The position numbers and the translations under genes are program-made. Shown here piece after piece: positions 48,756-58,140 of a stretch of DNA of 64,000 nucleotides. Source of the stretch: a bacterium (GTDB lineage Bacteria; UBA8248; JACPRG01; G963555815); contig OZ244653.1 of the NCBI GenBank assembly GCA_965218795.1, positions 3,680,001 to 3,744,000 on the forward strand. Direction: 5' to 3'. The notes under the pieces are model-generated. The model was not told where the DNA came from. It did no database searches and worked only from the letters and a program-made list of their open reading frames with translations. Position 1 is the stretch's first letter. Every line of letters begins with the position of its first letter.

Positions 48756-49553
48756 TTAGAACTGCTGTCCCACGTCCCACCGGATGACCAGTTTTTCGAG
48801 GCCCACGATGATCCCGTACAGGGTCACCCCGACAAGGCTCAGCATGGTGAGGGCGGCCATGAGCATGGGCGTATCGACGTTCCCCTCCGAAAAGATGATG
48901 AGGTACCCGAGTCCTTCCTGGGCGGTGACGAACTCGGCCACGATGATGCCGATGACCGAGAACGTGATGCCGATTCGGAGCCCGCTGAAGATGTAGGGCA
49001 GGGCGTTGGGGAACTCGATTTTCCGGAAGATCTGCCACCGCGTGGCGCTGAACGCCCTCGCCATCCGGACCATGATGGGGTCGGTCGATTCGATCCCCGC
49101 GTAGGTGTTCACCACCATGGGGAAGAATGCGATCACGAAAGCGAGGAGGGTGCGCGACGTCGACCCCAGGCCGAACCAGACGATGAACAGCGGGGCGAGG
49201 GCGACCTTCGGGACGACCTGGAAGGCGATGATCAGCGGGTAGATCCCGTTCCGGAAGAATCGGGAGATCGCCAGCAGGATTCCGAGACTCACCCCGACGC
49301 CCACGGACAACAGGAACCCGGCGAGACATTCCCGCGTCGTCGGCCAGGTATGCTGGATGAGGAGCTCGATCCGGAGGCCGATGGTGTGCAGGATCACCAT
49401 GGGCGCGGGAAGGATCGCCTCCGGGATATTCTGCGTGACGACCCAGATCTCCCACAGGATCAGCAGGACGATGAAGATGCAGGCCGGCAGTATCAGCCGC
49501 CGCAACTGGGCCAATGCCTTTGCGCCCAAACCTCTTTCGGCCTCTTGCGCCAT
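48756..49553 (-). CDS. ABC transporter permease (NitT/TauT family)
   Basis: PKVALAPLF..WFG, FFP, PNALPYIFSGLR, AEF. Confidence 0.92.
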   Translation of the reverse strand: MAQEAERGLGAKALAQLRRLILPACIFIVLLILWEIWVVTQNIPEAILPAPMVILHTIGLRIELLIQHTWPTTRECLAGFLLSVGVGVSLGILLAISRFFRNGIYPLIIAFQVVPKVALAPLFIVWFGLGSTSRTLLAFVIAFFPMVVNTYAGIESTDPIMVRMARAFSATRWQIFRKIEFPNALPYIFSGLRIGITFSVIGIIVAEFVTAQEGLGYLIIFSEGNVDTPMLMAALTMLSLVGVTLYGIIVGLEKLVIRWDVGQQF

Positions 49554-49566
49554 CCCTTCGGGCTCC

Positions 49567-50358
49567 TTACCCCTTCACGGGCGTTTCCTCGATGTGCCCC
49601 TCGATGGACTTGCGAAGGTCCGCCACGTACTTGTTGAACTCGGGCGTTTCCTCGATCTCCAGCTGCCGGGGCCGGGGAAGCGAAATGTCGACCACCCGGC
49701 TGATCATGGCTGGCCGGGGCGACATGACGAACACCCGATCCGACAGGTACACCGCCTCCCGGATGCTGTGAGTCACGAACAGAACGGTTTTCTGGAACTC
49801 CTGCCAGATGCGCAGAAGCTCCTGGTTCATGTAGTCGCGCGTCATGGCGTCCAGCGCGCTGAACGGCTCGTCCATCAGGAGGAGGCTCGGGTTGTGGATC
49901 AGGGCCCGGCAGATCGCCACCCGCTGCTGCATCCCGCCGGACAGCTCCGTGGGAACGTTGTCCTTGAATTCCGCCAGGCCCGTCATCTCCAGAAGCTCGA
50001 CCGCCCGGGACTCATAGTCCTTCTTGGGGAGTCCGAGGGTCTCGATGGGGAAGAGAACGTTCTTCATCAGCGAGCGCCAGGGCATCAGGACCGGGGACTG
50101 AAAGACCACGCCGGTCTCCCTGCGGGGGCCCGTCACCTCTTGTTGCTCGATGAGGATCGTCCCGGCCGTGATGGGCAGCAGCCCGCCGATGGCCATCAGC
50201 AGCGTGCTCTTTCCGCACCCGCTCGGGCCCAGGATGGAAACGAACTCCCCGTCCTGGACGTCCATCGAGACGGATCGGATGGCTTCGATTTCATCCCGGC
50301 GGGTCTGGTAGACCTTGCGGACGTTTGCGATATGAACGTGCGTGGAATTCCGGCTCAT
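49567..50358 (-). CDS. ABC transporter ATPase (NitT/TauT family)
   Basis: GPSGCGKST, LSGGMQQR, LLMDEPF, FVTH. Confidence 0.95.
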   Translation of the reverse strand: MSRNSTHVHIANVRKVYQTRRDEIEAIRSVSMDVQDGEFVSILGPSGCGKSTLLMAIGGLLPITAGTILIEQQEVTGPRRETGVVFQSPVLMPWRSLMKNVLFPIETLGLPKKDYESRAVELLEMTGLAEFKDNVPTELSGGMQQRVAICRALIHNPSLLLMDEPFSALDAMTRDYMNQELLRIWQEFQKTVLFVTHSIREAVYLSDRVFVMSPRPAMISRVVDISLPRPRQLEIEETPEFNKYVADLRKSIEGHIEETPVKG

Positions 50359-50453
50359 CGTCAGAAAGAGATTGCGTCAACCCACGGGGGAAAAGGAACC
50401 TCCCCGCCGTCCCGATATGGACGGGCGGGGAGGTCCATGCGATGCAACGGCGG

Positions 50454-51584
50454 TTACGACTTTTTGGACGGGGCGAAGGGAGTGGCCCAGGCCTTGGCCT
50501 TGGCCCACTCGTCGGCCGTCAGCTTGACGTTCCCCGCGAAGCTGTTGTCGAAGAGTTTCTCGATCGGCGGAACGTTCTTGGCCTTCATGTACTTGATGAC
50601 GATGTCCCGGGTGATCTTCTGGTCTTTGGGGTCCATCCACCCGAGACCGTACTTTTCAACGGTCGGACCGAGCGAGAGGACGTTGGTGTTGCCCATATGG
50701 GTCAACAGAAGTTCCCGGGGCTTCGTCTCCAGCTCCGGCTTGGCCTTGATGAAGATATCCAGCGCCTTTTCGGGCTCGACGAGCTGCATCTTGAGGCCTT
50801 CCATGGCCCCGTCCACCATGTCCTGGACCAGCTTCTTGTCCTTCTTGATCATGTCGCTCCGGGTGATGAGCCCCAGGTCCAGGGTCTGCATGCCGTAATC
50901 GGCGTACAGGAAATGGATGGAGGGGACCCGGTACCCCAGAGAAGCGGCGTTGCTGACGAAATAGGTTCCGCAGCAGTCCGCCTGATTGTTGACGACGGTG
51001 CTGATGAGCTTCGCGGGGGACACGTGCGTGATCTTCACCTTGGAGGCGTCGATCCCCGTCGCGTTGACGAAGCCCGGCCAGATCACCGCGTCGCCCGAGG
51101 CGGCCCACTGAAGGAGGTGGCGGCCTTCCAGATCCTTGACGGTCCGGATGCCCGAGTCCTTCCGGCAGGAGATGGTCTGGGGGGCTTTTTGCAGCTTCGC
51201 GCCGATGGCCACCACGTCCAGCCCCTTGGAGATGCCGGCGATCATGACGTTGTAGCTGGCTTCGCCGAACATCGCCTTCCCGGCCGAGATGGTTTTGGTC
51301 GCCGCCCCGGAGCCGTAGCCGCGGTGGATCAACACGTCCAGGCCCCGCTTCTTCCAGCCCTGGGCCTGGGCGACGAACTCGAAGGCGTGACCGCCCACGA
51401 AGAGCCACGGCAGCATGAAGGAGACCTTGCGCATCTTGGATGCGCCCGCCTCGCTGATAAAGGCCGGCGCGGTGCCGCTGGCGACGATGACGCTCATCCC
51501 GCCGATGCCTTTGAGAAACGAGCGGCGGGTCACATCCACTTTCCGATCCTTCCCGATTGTGTAACGCTTGGTGTCGTCAGCCAT
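50454..51584 (-). CDS. Tat-exported ABC substrate-binding protein (NMT1/THI5-like)
   Basis: TRRSFLK; GLDV.I.RG.GS, KDLEGR, GWMD. Confidence 0.85.
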   Translation of the reverse strand: MADDTKRYTIGKDRKVDVTRRSFLKGIGGMSVIVASGTAPAFISEAGASKMRKVSFMLPWLFVGGHAFEFVAQAQGWKKRGLDVLIHRGYGSGAATKTISAGKAMFGEASYNVMIAGISKGLDVVAIGAKLQKAPQTISCRKDSGIRTVKDLEGRHLLQWAASGDAVIWPGFVNATGIDASKVKITHVSPAKLISTVVNNQADCCGTYFVSNAASLGYRVPSIHFLYADYGMQTLDLGLITRSDMIKKDKKLVQDMVDGAMEGLKMQLVEPEKALDIFIKAKPELETKPRELLLTHMGNTNVLSLGPTVEKYGLGWMDPKDQKITRDIVIKYMKAKNVPPIEKLFDNSFAGNVKLTADEWAKAKAWATPFAPSKKS

Positions 51585-51906
51585 GTCCTTCCCTCCATTC
51601 ATGCATGTGGTCTCGACGAGAATGGGTGGATGAGACCCTTCCCCGGGCCCCTGTGGATTTGCGCGCGTGAAGTTTCAGAGGGCCACCATTCTCCAGCAAA
51701 AGATCTCCGAGGACGAACCAGCAACTTCAACCAAAGAGATTTCAGACATTTTAACGCGAACTCCGCGAAATAAACAGCATCAATCCCAAAAAGTCAAACC
51801 TCCCGGCCCCTCAGTGATTCCCGGTTTCAGGGTAAGCGCTCCGGGAGGCGGGCGGGGCCTGTCCCCCGATGAAAGCTTGTCCCCAATAGCTCAGGTCGGG
51901 GGCATT

Positions 51907-52269
51907 CGAGAGTCTGCTCCGCGGGAATGACAAGCTGAGTCCCCCGCCCGTCATTCCTGCGTGCTTCAGGCGGGAGTCCAGGGAAAACGCCAAGGGTGCA
52001 GGAGGCATTGTTGGGCCCCCACTCAGGCCACTCCCCCCCTTGAGGGGGAGTCGGCAAGACTAAGGACGGAGTCCGCAGGCGCGCCGGTGGGGGGGACGGT
52101 CGAAGATACGCGGCCAAGGCCCCCCCAACCCTCTCCCTCCAGGGAAGAGGGAGAGGATCCCGGAACCGTCGCGCCATGCTCGCCGGTCCCTGTGCACCCA
52201 CCGACCAGTCACCCGCGAGAGTTTCTGTCGGGGGTCCACTTCCTGGATTCCCGTCTGCGCGGGAATGAC
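51907..52269. repeat. Composite repeat region: GTCATTCC REPs around a ~140-bp element also found at 60927 and 62990
   Basis: cactccccccttgagggggagtcggcaagac...ctccctccaggg..gagggagaggatcccggaa. Confidence 0.8.
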
Positions 52270-52330
52270 AGGCCGGCGCGGTCACCCCCGGCCCTGGTTT
52301 CGAGGTTTCTCAAGGCGGACGGTTGCCGCG

Positions 52331-52927
52331 CTACAGCTTGTTCAGCTCCACGTCGATGGTGATATGCACCTCGTTGCCCACGACGAGCCCGCCCGTTTCG
52401 ATCAGGCGGTTGTACTTCACCCCGAAATCCTTGCGGTTGATCCGGGTGGTGGCGCTCGCGCCCATCTTCGCGCCCCCGCCCATCTTGAGCTCCTTGCTGA
52501 TATCGGCCACCTTCAGGACCACTTCTTTCGCGACGCCGCGGATGGTCAGGTCCCCGACCAGGTCGAAGCTGTCCGGTCCCGCGTTCTTCACGGACCTGGA
52601 CTTGAACGTCAGTTGGGGATGCTTCTCGACGAGCAGGAAATCGTCGGTCCGGAGATGGTTGTCGCGCCGCGCGTTCCGCGTGTTGACCGAGGCGGCGTCG
52701 ACGACGATGTCCGCCGTCGCGGCTCCGGGGTTCTTCCGGTCGTAGCGGACCTTGCCCGACACCTTCTGGAATTCCCCCCGCACCCAGGTGACTCCCAGGT
52801 GACGCACCTTGAAGGTCACCGTCGTGTGGGCCGGGTCGATTGCCCAGTCCGCGGCGTGCGAGAGAACTGGAGCCGTCAGCCATGCCGCCGCGATCACCGT
52901 CGCCGCGCGCTTCGCAAATCGGTTCAT
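52331..52927 (-). CDS. yceI: YceI family periplasmic protein
   Basis: WAIDPAHT.V.F.VRHLG, RDNHLR, GDLTIRG, INRKDFG. Confidence 0.92.
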   Translation of the reverse strand: MNRFAKRAATVIAAAWLTAPVLSHAADWAIDPAHTTVTFKVRHLGVTWVRGEFQKVSGKVRYDRKNPGAATADIVVDAASVNTRNARRDNHLRTDDFLLVEKHPQLTFKSRSVKNAGPDSFDLVGDLTIRGVAKEVVLKVADISKELKMGGGAKMGASATTRINRKDFGVKYNRLIETGGLVVGNEVHITIDVELNKL

Positions 52928-53185
52928 GGGTCTCGTTCCTCTGTGTCAATGGGTTGGAGTGATGGAAACGGCCTGTTCCCGCCATTTTCAGACACGATGG
53001 ATCAATGGATCAAATGTGCAACAGTGGGGAGTATTCTACACATGACTCAAGGTCTTTCATGAGACGCCCTTCGACTCTGCAGGCGTCCTGCCGTGTTCTG
53101 ACCGTTTCCACGAATTCTCCCTTTGCGGGTCGGATGGTCGATGCCGGACGGGACCGAGCCGGCCATTCGCTCCATTCGCGGGGGT

Positions 53186-53409
53186 CGGTCGATGCGGGAA
53201 TGACGAAATAGGACACGCATACCTCCCAGCCCGTCATTCCCGCGTAAGCGGGAATCCAGCTTGACCGGCTCATGCGGGTTCGGTCTCAACGCATAATCGG
53301 GCAGGAATCCATATGGCAGGGTGGGAGGGGTGCAGGAATGACAAACGAGGCCCGCGCACAATAGCCTGTCATTCCCGTCCTCGACTGTCTGGGATCGGAA
53401 ATAATTGTA
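53186..53409. repeat. REP cluster plus an orphan inverted-repeat end (ggatcggaaataattgta)
   Basis: Several gtcattccc/gggaatgac units; 53392-53409 matches 42979. Confidence 0.7.
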
Positions 53410-53675
53410 AATGGTATTATGCGGGATTGTGTGGAACCAGGCGGGACAAGATACGGAGAATCAAAGGGTTGGGGGCTATCGGGGCAGCCGTCAGAAAGAA
53501 ATAATTGTGAATTTTTCGGGAAAAACGGGGAAAACGGCCAAAAAACAGAAATTTTAACGGCGTCTCAGGGTCGTTTTTTCTGGGGGAAGAATTCGTTGGA
53601 CTCCTCTCAATCCGGTTATGGAATGATGGCGGCGACCCGTCCGCCGAAGGAGGTCCGTCAGACACGGCGGGCCGG

Positions 53676-53714
53676 ACAGCGCGGCTGAACAGCGCGGCTG
53701 AACAGCATGGCTGG
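53676..53714. repeat. 13-bp tandem repeat x3 before the RBS
   Basis: acagcgcggctga acagcgcggctga acagcatggctgg. Confidence 0.75.
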
Positions 53715-53729
53715 AAAACGGAGGTCACG

Positions 53730-54950
53730 ATGCGCGAGGTGAAATGGCCTTATGGCTGGGGGCGCGTCCCCTATGACTGGGAAACGCGCCGGAAGTGGAT
53801 GCACCTGCCGTTCCCGGTCGAGGAATACGAATCGCGGGTCGACCGGATTCGCGACGGTTTGCGGCAGCGGCGGCTCGACGGGCTCATTGTCCACGGGACC
53901 CGGGACGACCGGGCGGCCATCCGGTATCTGGCCAATTTCGAGGATTTCTACGCGGGCGAATCCCTCTTCGTCCTCCCGCTGGACGGAGAACCCTCCTTCC
54001 TGACCAACGCCGTCATGCACAGCGAGCCCATGCATTCCGGCATACAGGAGACCTGGCTGCGGGACGTCCGCTGCGCCCCCCACCCGAGAACCCTCGTGGA
54101 GCCGGCCACGTCGATCTACGACCACCTTGAAGATGTCCTGAACGAGCGGGGATTGCAGAAATCCGTCCTGGGCCTGTCGGGAGCGGGCCGGGCGGGGCTG
54201 GCCGACCGTCTGGCCGAGATGCTCCCCTCGGCCCGATGGGAAGACCCCGGCCGGATCCTGCCCGACGCCATGGCCGTCAAGTCCGAGGCGGAGGTGGAGA
54301 TTCTCCGCAAGGCCGCGCGCGTGGCGGACGCGGGACTGACGGCGCTGATGGAGGCCTGCCGCGAGGGGGTGAGCGAGTTCGATCTGGCCGGGGAGGCCAA
54401 CCGGGCCATGTTCGCGGCGGGTGCGGAAGACACCTCGCTGCCCATCGCCGTGGGCTCGGGTCCGCGGTCCGGCTTCAAGCACGTCGCCCCCACGGACCGG
54501 AAACTCCTGCAAGGCGACTTCGTCTATACGGACCTGGGCGCGCGGTACATGGGGTACTGTTCGGACATGTCGAGAAACCGGACGGTCGGCCCGCCCACGG
54601 ACGAGCAGCGGCGCTTCATGGAGGACCAGATCGACATCGTCCACGCGGCGATGGACGGGTCCGGGGCGGGCTCCCGTATTGGGGATCTGGCGGACATCGC
54701 GGAAGAATCGGCCAGGGAGAGGGGCGTTTCGGAGTACCTGTACTTCAGGGGTCACGGGATTGGCACGGCCACCCACGTGCCGCCGTCCCTCGCTCCCGGC
54801 AGCGATACGCTGCTGGAGGAGAACATGGTGTTCTGCTTCGAGCCGATGCTGGTGAGATACGGGTTCGGGACGGCCTGCGTGGAGCACATGTACGTCGTCC
54901 GGAAGGACCGCTGCGAAAATCTCTCCACCTGCCCCGAACGGTTCTGGTGA
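53730..54950 (+). CDS. M24 (Xaa-Pro peptidase/creatinase-like) hydrolase
   Basis: VKSEAE, DLG..Y.SDMSR, GHGIG, FEP, VEH. Confidence 0.9.
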   Translation: MREVKWPYGWGRVPYDWETRRKWMHLPFPVEEYESRVDRIRDGLRQRRLDGLIVHGTRDDRAAIRYLANFEDFYAGESLFVLPLDGEPSFLTNAVMHSEPMHSGIQETWLRDVRCAPHPRTLVEPATSIYDHLEDVLNERGLQKSVLGLSGAGRAGLADRLAEMLPSARWEDPGRILPDAMAVKSEAEVEILRKAARVADAGLTALMEACREGVSEFDLAGEANRAMFAAGAEDTSLPIAVGSGPRSGFKHVAPTDRKLLQGDFVYTDLGARYMGYCSDMSRNRTVGPPTDEQRRFMEDQIDIVHAAMDGSGAGSRIGDLADIAEESARERGVSEYLYFRGHGIGTATHVPPSLAPGSDTLLEENMVFCFEPMLVRYGFGTACVEHMYVVRKDRCENLSTCPERFW

Positions 54951-55098
54951 GAAGTGGATACCCGCTTTATGCGATAATTTGAAGGCAAAGTGGTCACCGA
55001 AGGCGGGAAGGCTCAAGGGGATTCGTGTTGATTGGGGCGCCTGAGAAAATAGACGCTCCAAGAAGTCCATATGGGTCAGGGCTCGCATCCCCCAATCC

Positions 55099-55321
55099 GT
55101 CATTCCCGCGCAAGCGGGAATCCACCGGGGAATCCCGGTCTCCAATTTCCTGGATTCCTGCGTGCGCGGGAATGACGGACAAAAAGAACGGCTCCAGGAT
55201 GTGTCTGGCAGGCGCAGGAATGGCGGACAGAAGGACCCGCTCCTGCATGTATCAGACAGGGGCAGGAACGACAAGGGTCACCCCGGTTATCAGCCTGTCA
55301 TCCCCGCGAATACGGGAATCC
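55099..55321. repeat. REP cluster
   Basis: gtcattcccgcgcaagcgggaatcc, its inverse at 55152, degenerate copies to 55321. Confidence 0.8.
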
Positions 55322-55446
55322 AAGGGAGTGCCGGCGTGGGAATTGCTGGACAGCCTGTCAACGGCGGCTTGTAGTGAATGGGAGGATGGTGGCGAAGCGC
55401 ATCTTTGGATGGATGGACGCTTTCCACCCCCACCGAAACAGATGGA

Positions 55447-56739
55447 ATGGGGGAATTCTTGGGGCAAAGGACATTCGAGTTCAGATGCCCGATTTACGGG
55501 TTCATTACCCTCTCGGACTGGGAGAGGGTAATCATCTCGCAACCTGCGTTTCAGAGGCTGAGACGCATCGGTCAACTCGCCTTTACGAACTATGTCTACC
55601 CTGGAGCAATGCACACGCGCTTCGAGCATTCGCTCGGCGTCATGCACATGGCGACGATGCTTTATGACGGGATCGTGAATCGCTCCAGAGAACTGCTGAA
55701 AAGCGAGTTCGGTTACGATGAGGCAGGTTTTAGAAGATATCGCGCCTTGGTTCGATTGGCCGCGCTTCTTCACGATGTTGGTCATTCGCCGTTTTCACAC
55801 GCCAGCGAAGAGATCTTCCCGCCAAAGGACGATTCCGTCGGACAGAAACGATATACACATGAAGAGTATTCCACTGCAATTATACATCGTTGCTTCGCGG
55901 ATGTTATCGGCGATCATCCCACGAATAGTAATTACGGATTTACCGCCGATGATGTAGCTGCGCTCCTGGAAGGAAGCGCGGACACTGAGAGCGCGCTATT
56001 TTGGCGTGATCTCGTAACAAGCCAGATGGATGCGGATCGGATGGATTATCTCCATCGGGATTCTTATCATACGGGGGTCGATTATGGCCGTTTCGATTGG
56101 CGACGCCTTGTGCAAACGGTCGAGGCGGTTCCGGGCGTGGGTGGCGGCAGCCCAACTCTCGGAGTATCCGAAGGCGGATTGCACGCGGCGGAAGGCTTGA
56201 TTCTCGCGCGCTATTTCATGTTCACCCAGGTCTATTTTCATAAGTCGCGCGTCGCCTACGATCATCATCTTCAAGAAGCGCTCAAGGAGATTCTTCCTGG
56301 AAATCACTTTCCGCCGCCGACTTCGGAGCGCCTCGCTGATTATCTCGATTGGGACGATTGGCGGGTCCTGGGCGCTCTGAAAAGTGGCGAAGGCGGCGAG
56401 CATGGACGGAGAATTCTCGACCGGGATCACTACCGGGAGATATGGCATACGCCCGAAATACCGGCTCCCGATGACGAGAAGAAATTGAAAGAACAGAGAG
56501 AAAAATTGGGCGAACTGGTTGCCGCGGAAATACCGGCGGAAAAATCCTGGTACAGCACAGGAAGCTCCGACATTCCTATTTTCACGGAAACTCCTCGTCG
56601 CGAGCGAAAACCGCTTTCTTCTTTTTCGTCGGTTGCGAGCAGCATCAAACCGATTCGCCAGATTAGATTATATGTGAGGGCCAAAGATCGAGATGAAGCC
56701 AATCGGCTACTAGGACAGGGAGAGAATGACAATGGATAA
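55447..56739 (+). CDS. HD-domain phosphohydrolase (SAMHD1/YwfO-like dNTPase family)
   Basis: FQRLRRI.QL, YPGA.HTRFEHSLG, LLHDVGHSPFSH, DADRMDYL.RD, QVYFHK. Confidence 0.92.
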   Translation: MGEFLGQRTFEFRCPIYGFITLSDWERVIISQPAFQRLRRIGQLAFTNYVYPGAMHTRFEHSLGVMHMATMLYDGIVNRSRELLKSEFGYDEAGFRRYRALVRLAALLHDVGHSPFSHASEEIFPPKDDSVGQKRYTHEEYSTAIIHRCFADVIGDHPTNSNYGFTADDVAALLEGSADTESALFWRDLVTSQMDADRMDYLHRDSYHTGVDYGRFDWRRLVQTVEAVPGVGGGSPTLGVSEGGLHAAEGLILARYFMFTQVYFHKSRVAYDHHLQEALKEILPGNHFPPPTSERLADYLDWDDWRVLGALKSGEGGEHGRRILDRDHYREIWHTPEIPAPDDEKKLKEQREKLGELVAAEIPAEKSWYSTGSSDIPIFTETPRRERKPLSSFSSVASSIKPIRQIRLYVRAKDRDEANRLLGQGENDNG

Positions 56740-57292
56740 TTCAGGATGGAACAGACTAGGCTTGATTTGCAGCTTGGTTGAAAAGAACGATGGACAAGCC
56801 GGAAGAACCGCGCTGATGAAATTCGTTTATCTTTTGAAAGAGATCAAAGGAGTCTCGCTCGACTATCGCTTCACACTTTACACCTACGGCCCTTTTGATT
56901 CTCATCTGCTGGATGACCTGAGCTACGCCGAGTCGCTGGAAGCGGTGGAGAGTTCGCTGGTTCGTTTTTCCGGTGGATATGGCTATCAATATTCACCAGG
57001 CCCCAAAATAGGGGAATTCAAAGATCGCGCACAAGGTTTCCTGGCGAAATACGATGGGGAGATCGCCTCGGTAGTTGAGGAATTCGGCTCCAAAACCGCG
57101 GGTGAATTGGAAATGCTGAGCACTATAATCTACGTTGACCGGAGCGCTAAGGAGCGCGGGTCTCGAAATTCAATGGATGAACTCTCCAACAAAGTTGTCA
57201 AAATCAAACCTTATCTCGATTTGAAGGATGTCCGTGATGAGGTCGAGCGCCTCCGTGAACGCGGATATCTTCGAGCCGTAGACGCGCAATAA
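56726..57292 (+). CDS. YwgA/DUF4065 (Panacea/SocA)-like winged-helix protein
   Basis: GRTALMKFVYLL..DYRF.LY.YGPF, ELEMLSTI; overlaps the HD gene end. Confidence 0.7.
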   Translation: MTMDNSGWNRLGLICSLVEKNDGQAGRTALMKFVYLLKEIKGVSLDYRFTLYTYGPFDSHLLDDLSYAESLEAVESSLVRFSGGYGYQYSPGPKIGEFKDRAQGFLAKYDGEIASVVEEFGSKTAGELEMLSTIIYVDRSAKERGSRNSMDELSNKVVKIKPYLDLKDVRDEVERLRERGYLRAVDAQ

Positions 57293-57370
57293 ATAAGCTA
57301 TACGCCTTAGTTGAGCTGGAGCAACTCCACCAGCGCTTTCTCATCGGAAATATCGCTAGACTAACAATAT

Positions 57371-57532
57371 GCGGCGGACGTGGAGGTCTCTCAGCGGTCG
57401 GGGTCGCGTGTGCTTCTGAAGAAGGGAACAGAACGGATGGTGGTTCACCGGCCCCATCCGGAGCCGGAGACCGGGAGAACGACGGTGCGCGACATCGCCG
57501 CATTTCTCGAAGCCGTAGGAGTCAAGCCATGA
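57371..57532 (+). pseudogene. hicA: 5'-truncated HicA toxin
   Basis: GSRVLL..VVHRPHPEPE...VRDIAAFLEAVGVKP*; in-frame TAA upstream at 57362; stop overlaps the hicB start. Confidence 0.75.
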
Positions 57533-57861
57533 TGGAATACAGGAGATACACCGCTACCGTCGAATTCGACGAATCCGTGGGCCGTCTTCACGGACGGGTC
57601 GTCAACAGCGGCGCTTATCCCATCGCAACCTTTGAAGCAACCGATGTTGATGGGATTCGGCGCGGGTTCCACCGATCTGTCGACGAGTATCTTGAGTCCT
57701 GCAAGGAGGATGGCATCGAGCCCCGGAAGCCTTTTTCAGGCAAGCTTCATGTTCGACTCGGGCCGGACTTGCATCAACGCGTTGCACGCTCGGCGGCCGA
57801 GAGCGGCCTGAGCCTGAACCGTTGGATCATGCAAGCGCTGGAGAAGAGCTTGTCCCGATGA
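57529..57861 (+). CDS. hicB: HicB antitoxin
   Basis: MEYRRYTATVEFD, SVDEYL.C...G.EP.KPFSGK..VR..P.LH, SLN.W. Confidence 0.92.
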   Translation: MMEYRRYTATVEFDESVGRLHGRVVNSGAYPIATFEATDVDGIRRGFHRSVDEYLESCKEDGIEPRKPFSGKLHVRLGPDLHQRVARSAAESGLSLNRWIMQALEKSLSR

Positions 57862-58140
57862 TCGAAGACCTCCTCCTGCTTCCTGATCCGGGATGGGCGG
57901 TCGGCCGACGCCTGTAAGCAGGACACGACACCGAATCGAGACGCCCCTCGTTCAGCCGCCGATAGACATCCGTTCCCTTGAGCGGGGAATCCGCTTTGAT
58001 ATGATCCCGCGGCGTTCGGCCCTGATCGTCTCTCGCCGGGACCTCGAAACCTTGTCGACAAGGTCGTGTAAATGTAATTTATTGACTCTTGCGGGCCCGA
58101 AAACCGGAACACCGGGATGGCGGAACAGTGAGGAAAGGCT

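Noticed and set aside
51590-51800. TPP riboswitch upstream of the NMT1/THI5-like binding protein
   Set aside because: No CTGAGA or AxCTGA..GxAAT..CGxAGG core visible on the minus strand.
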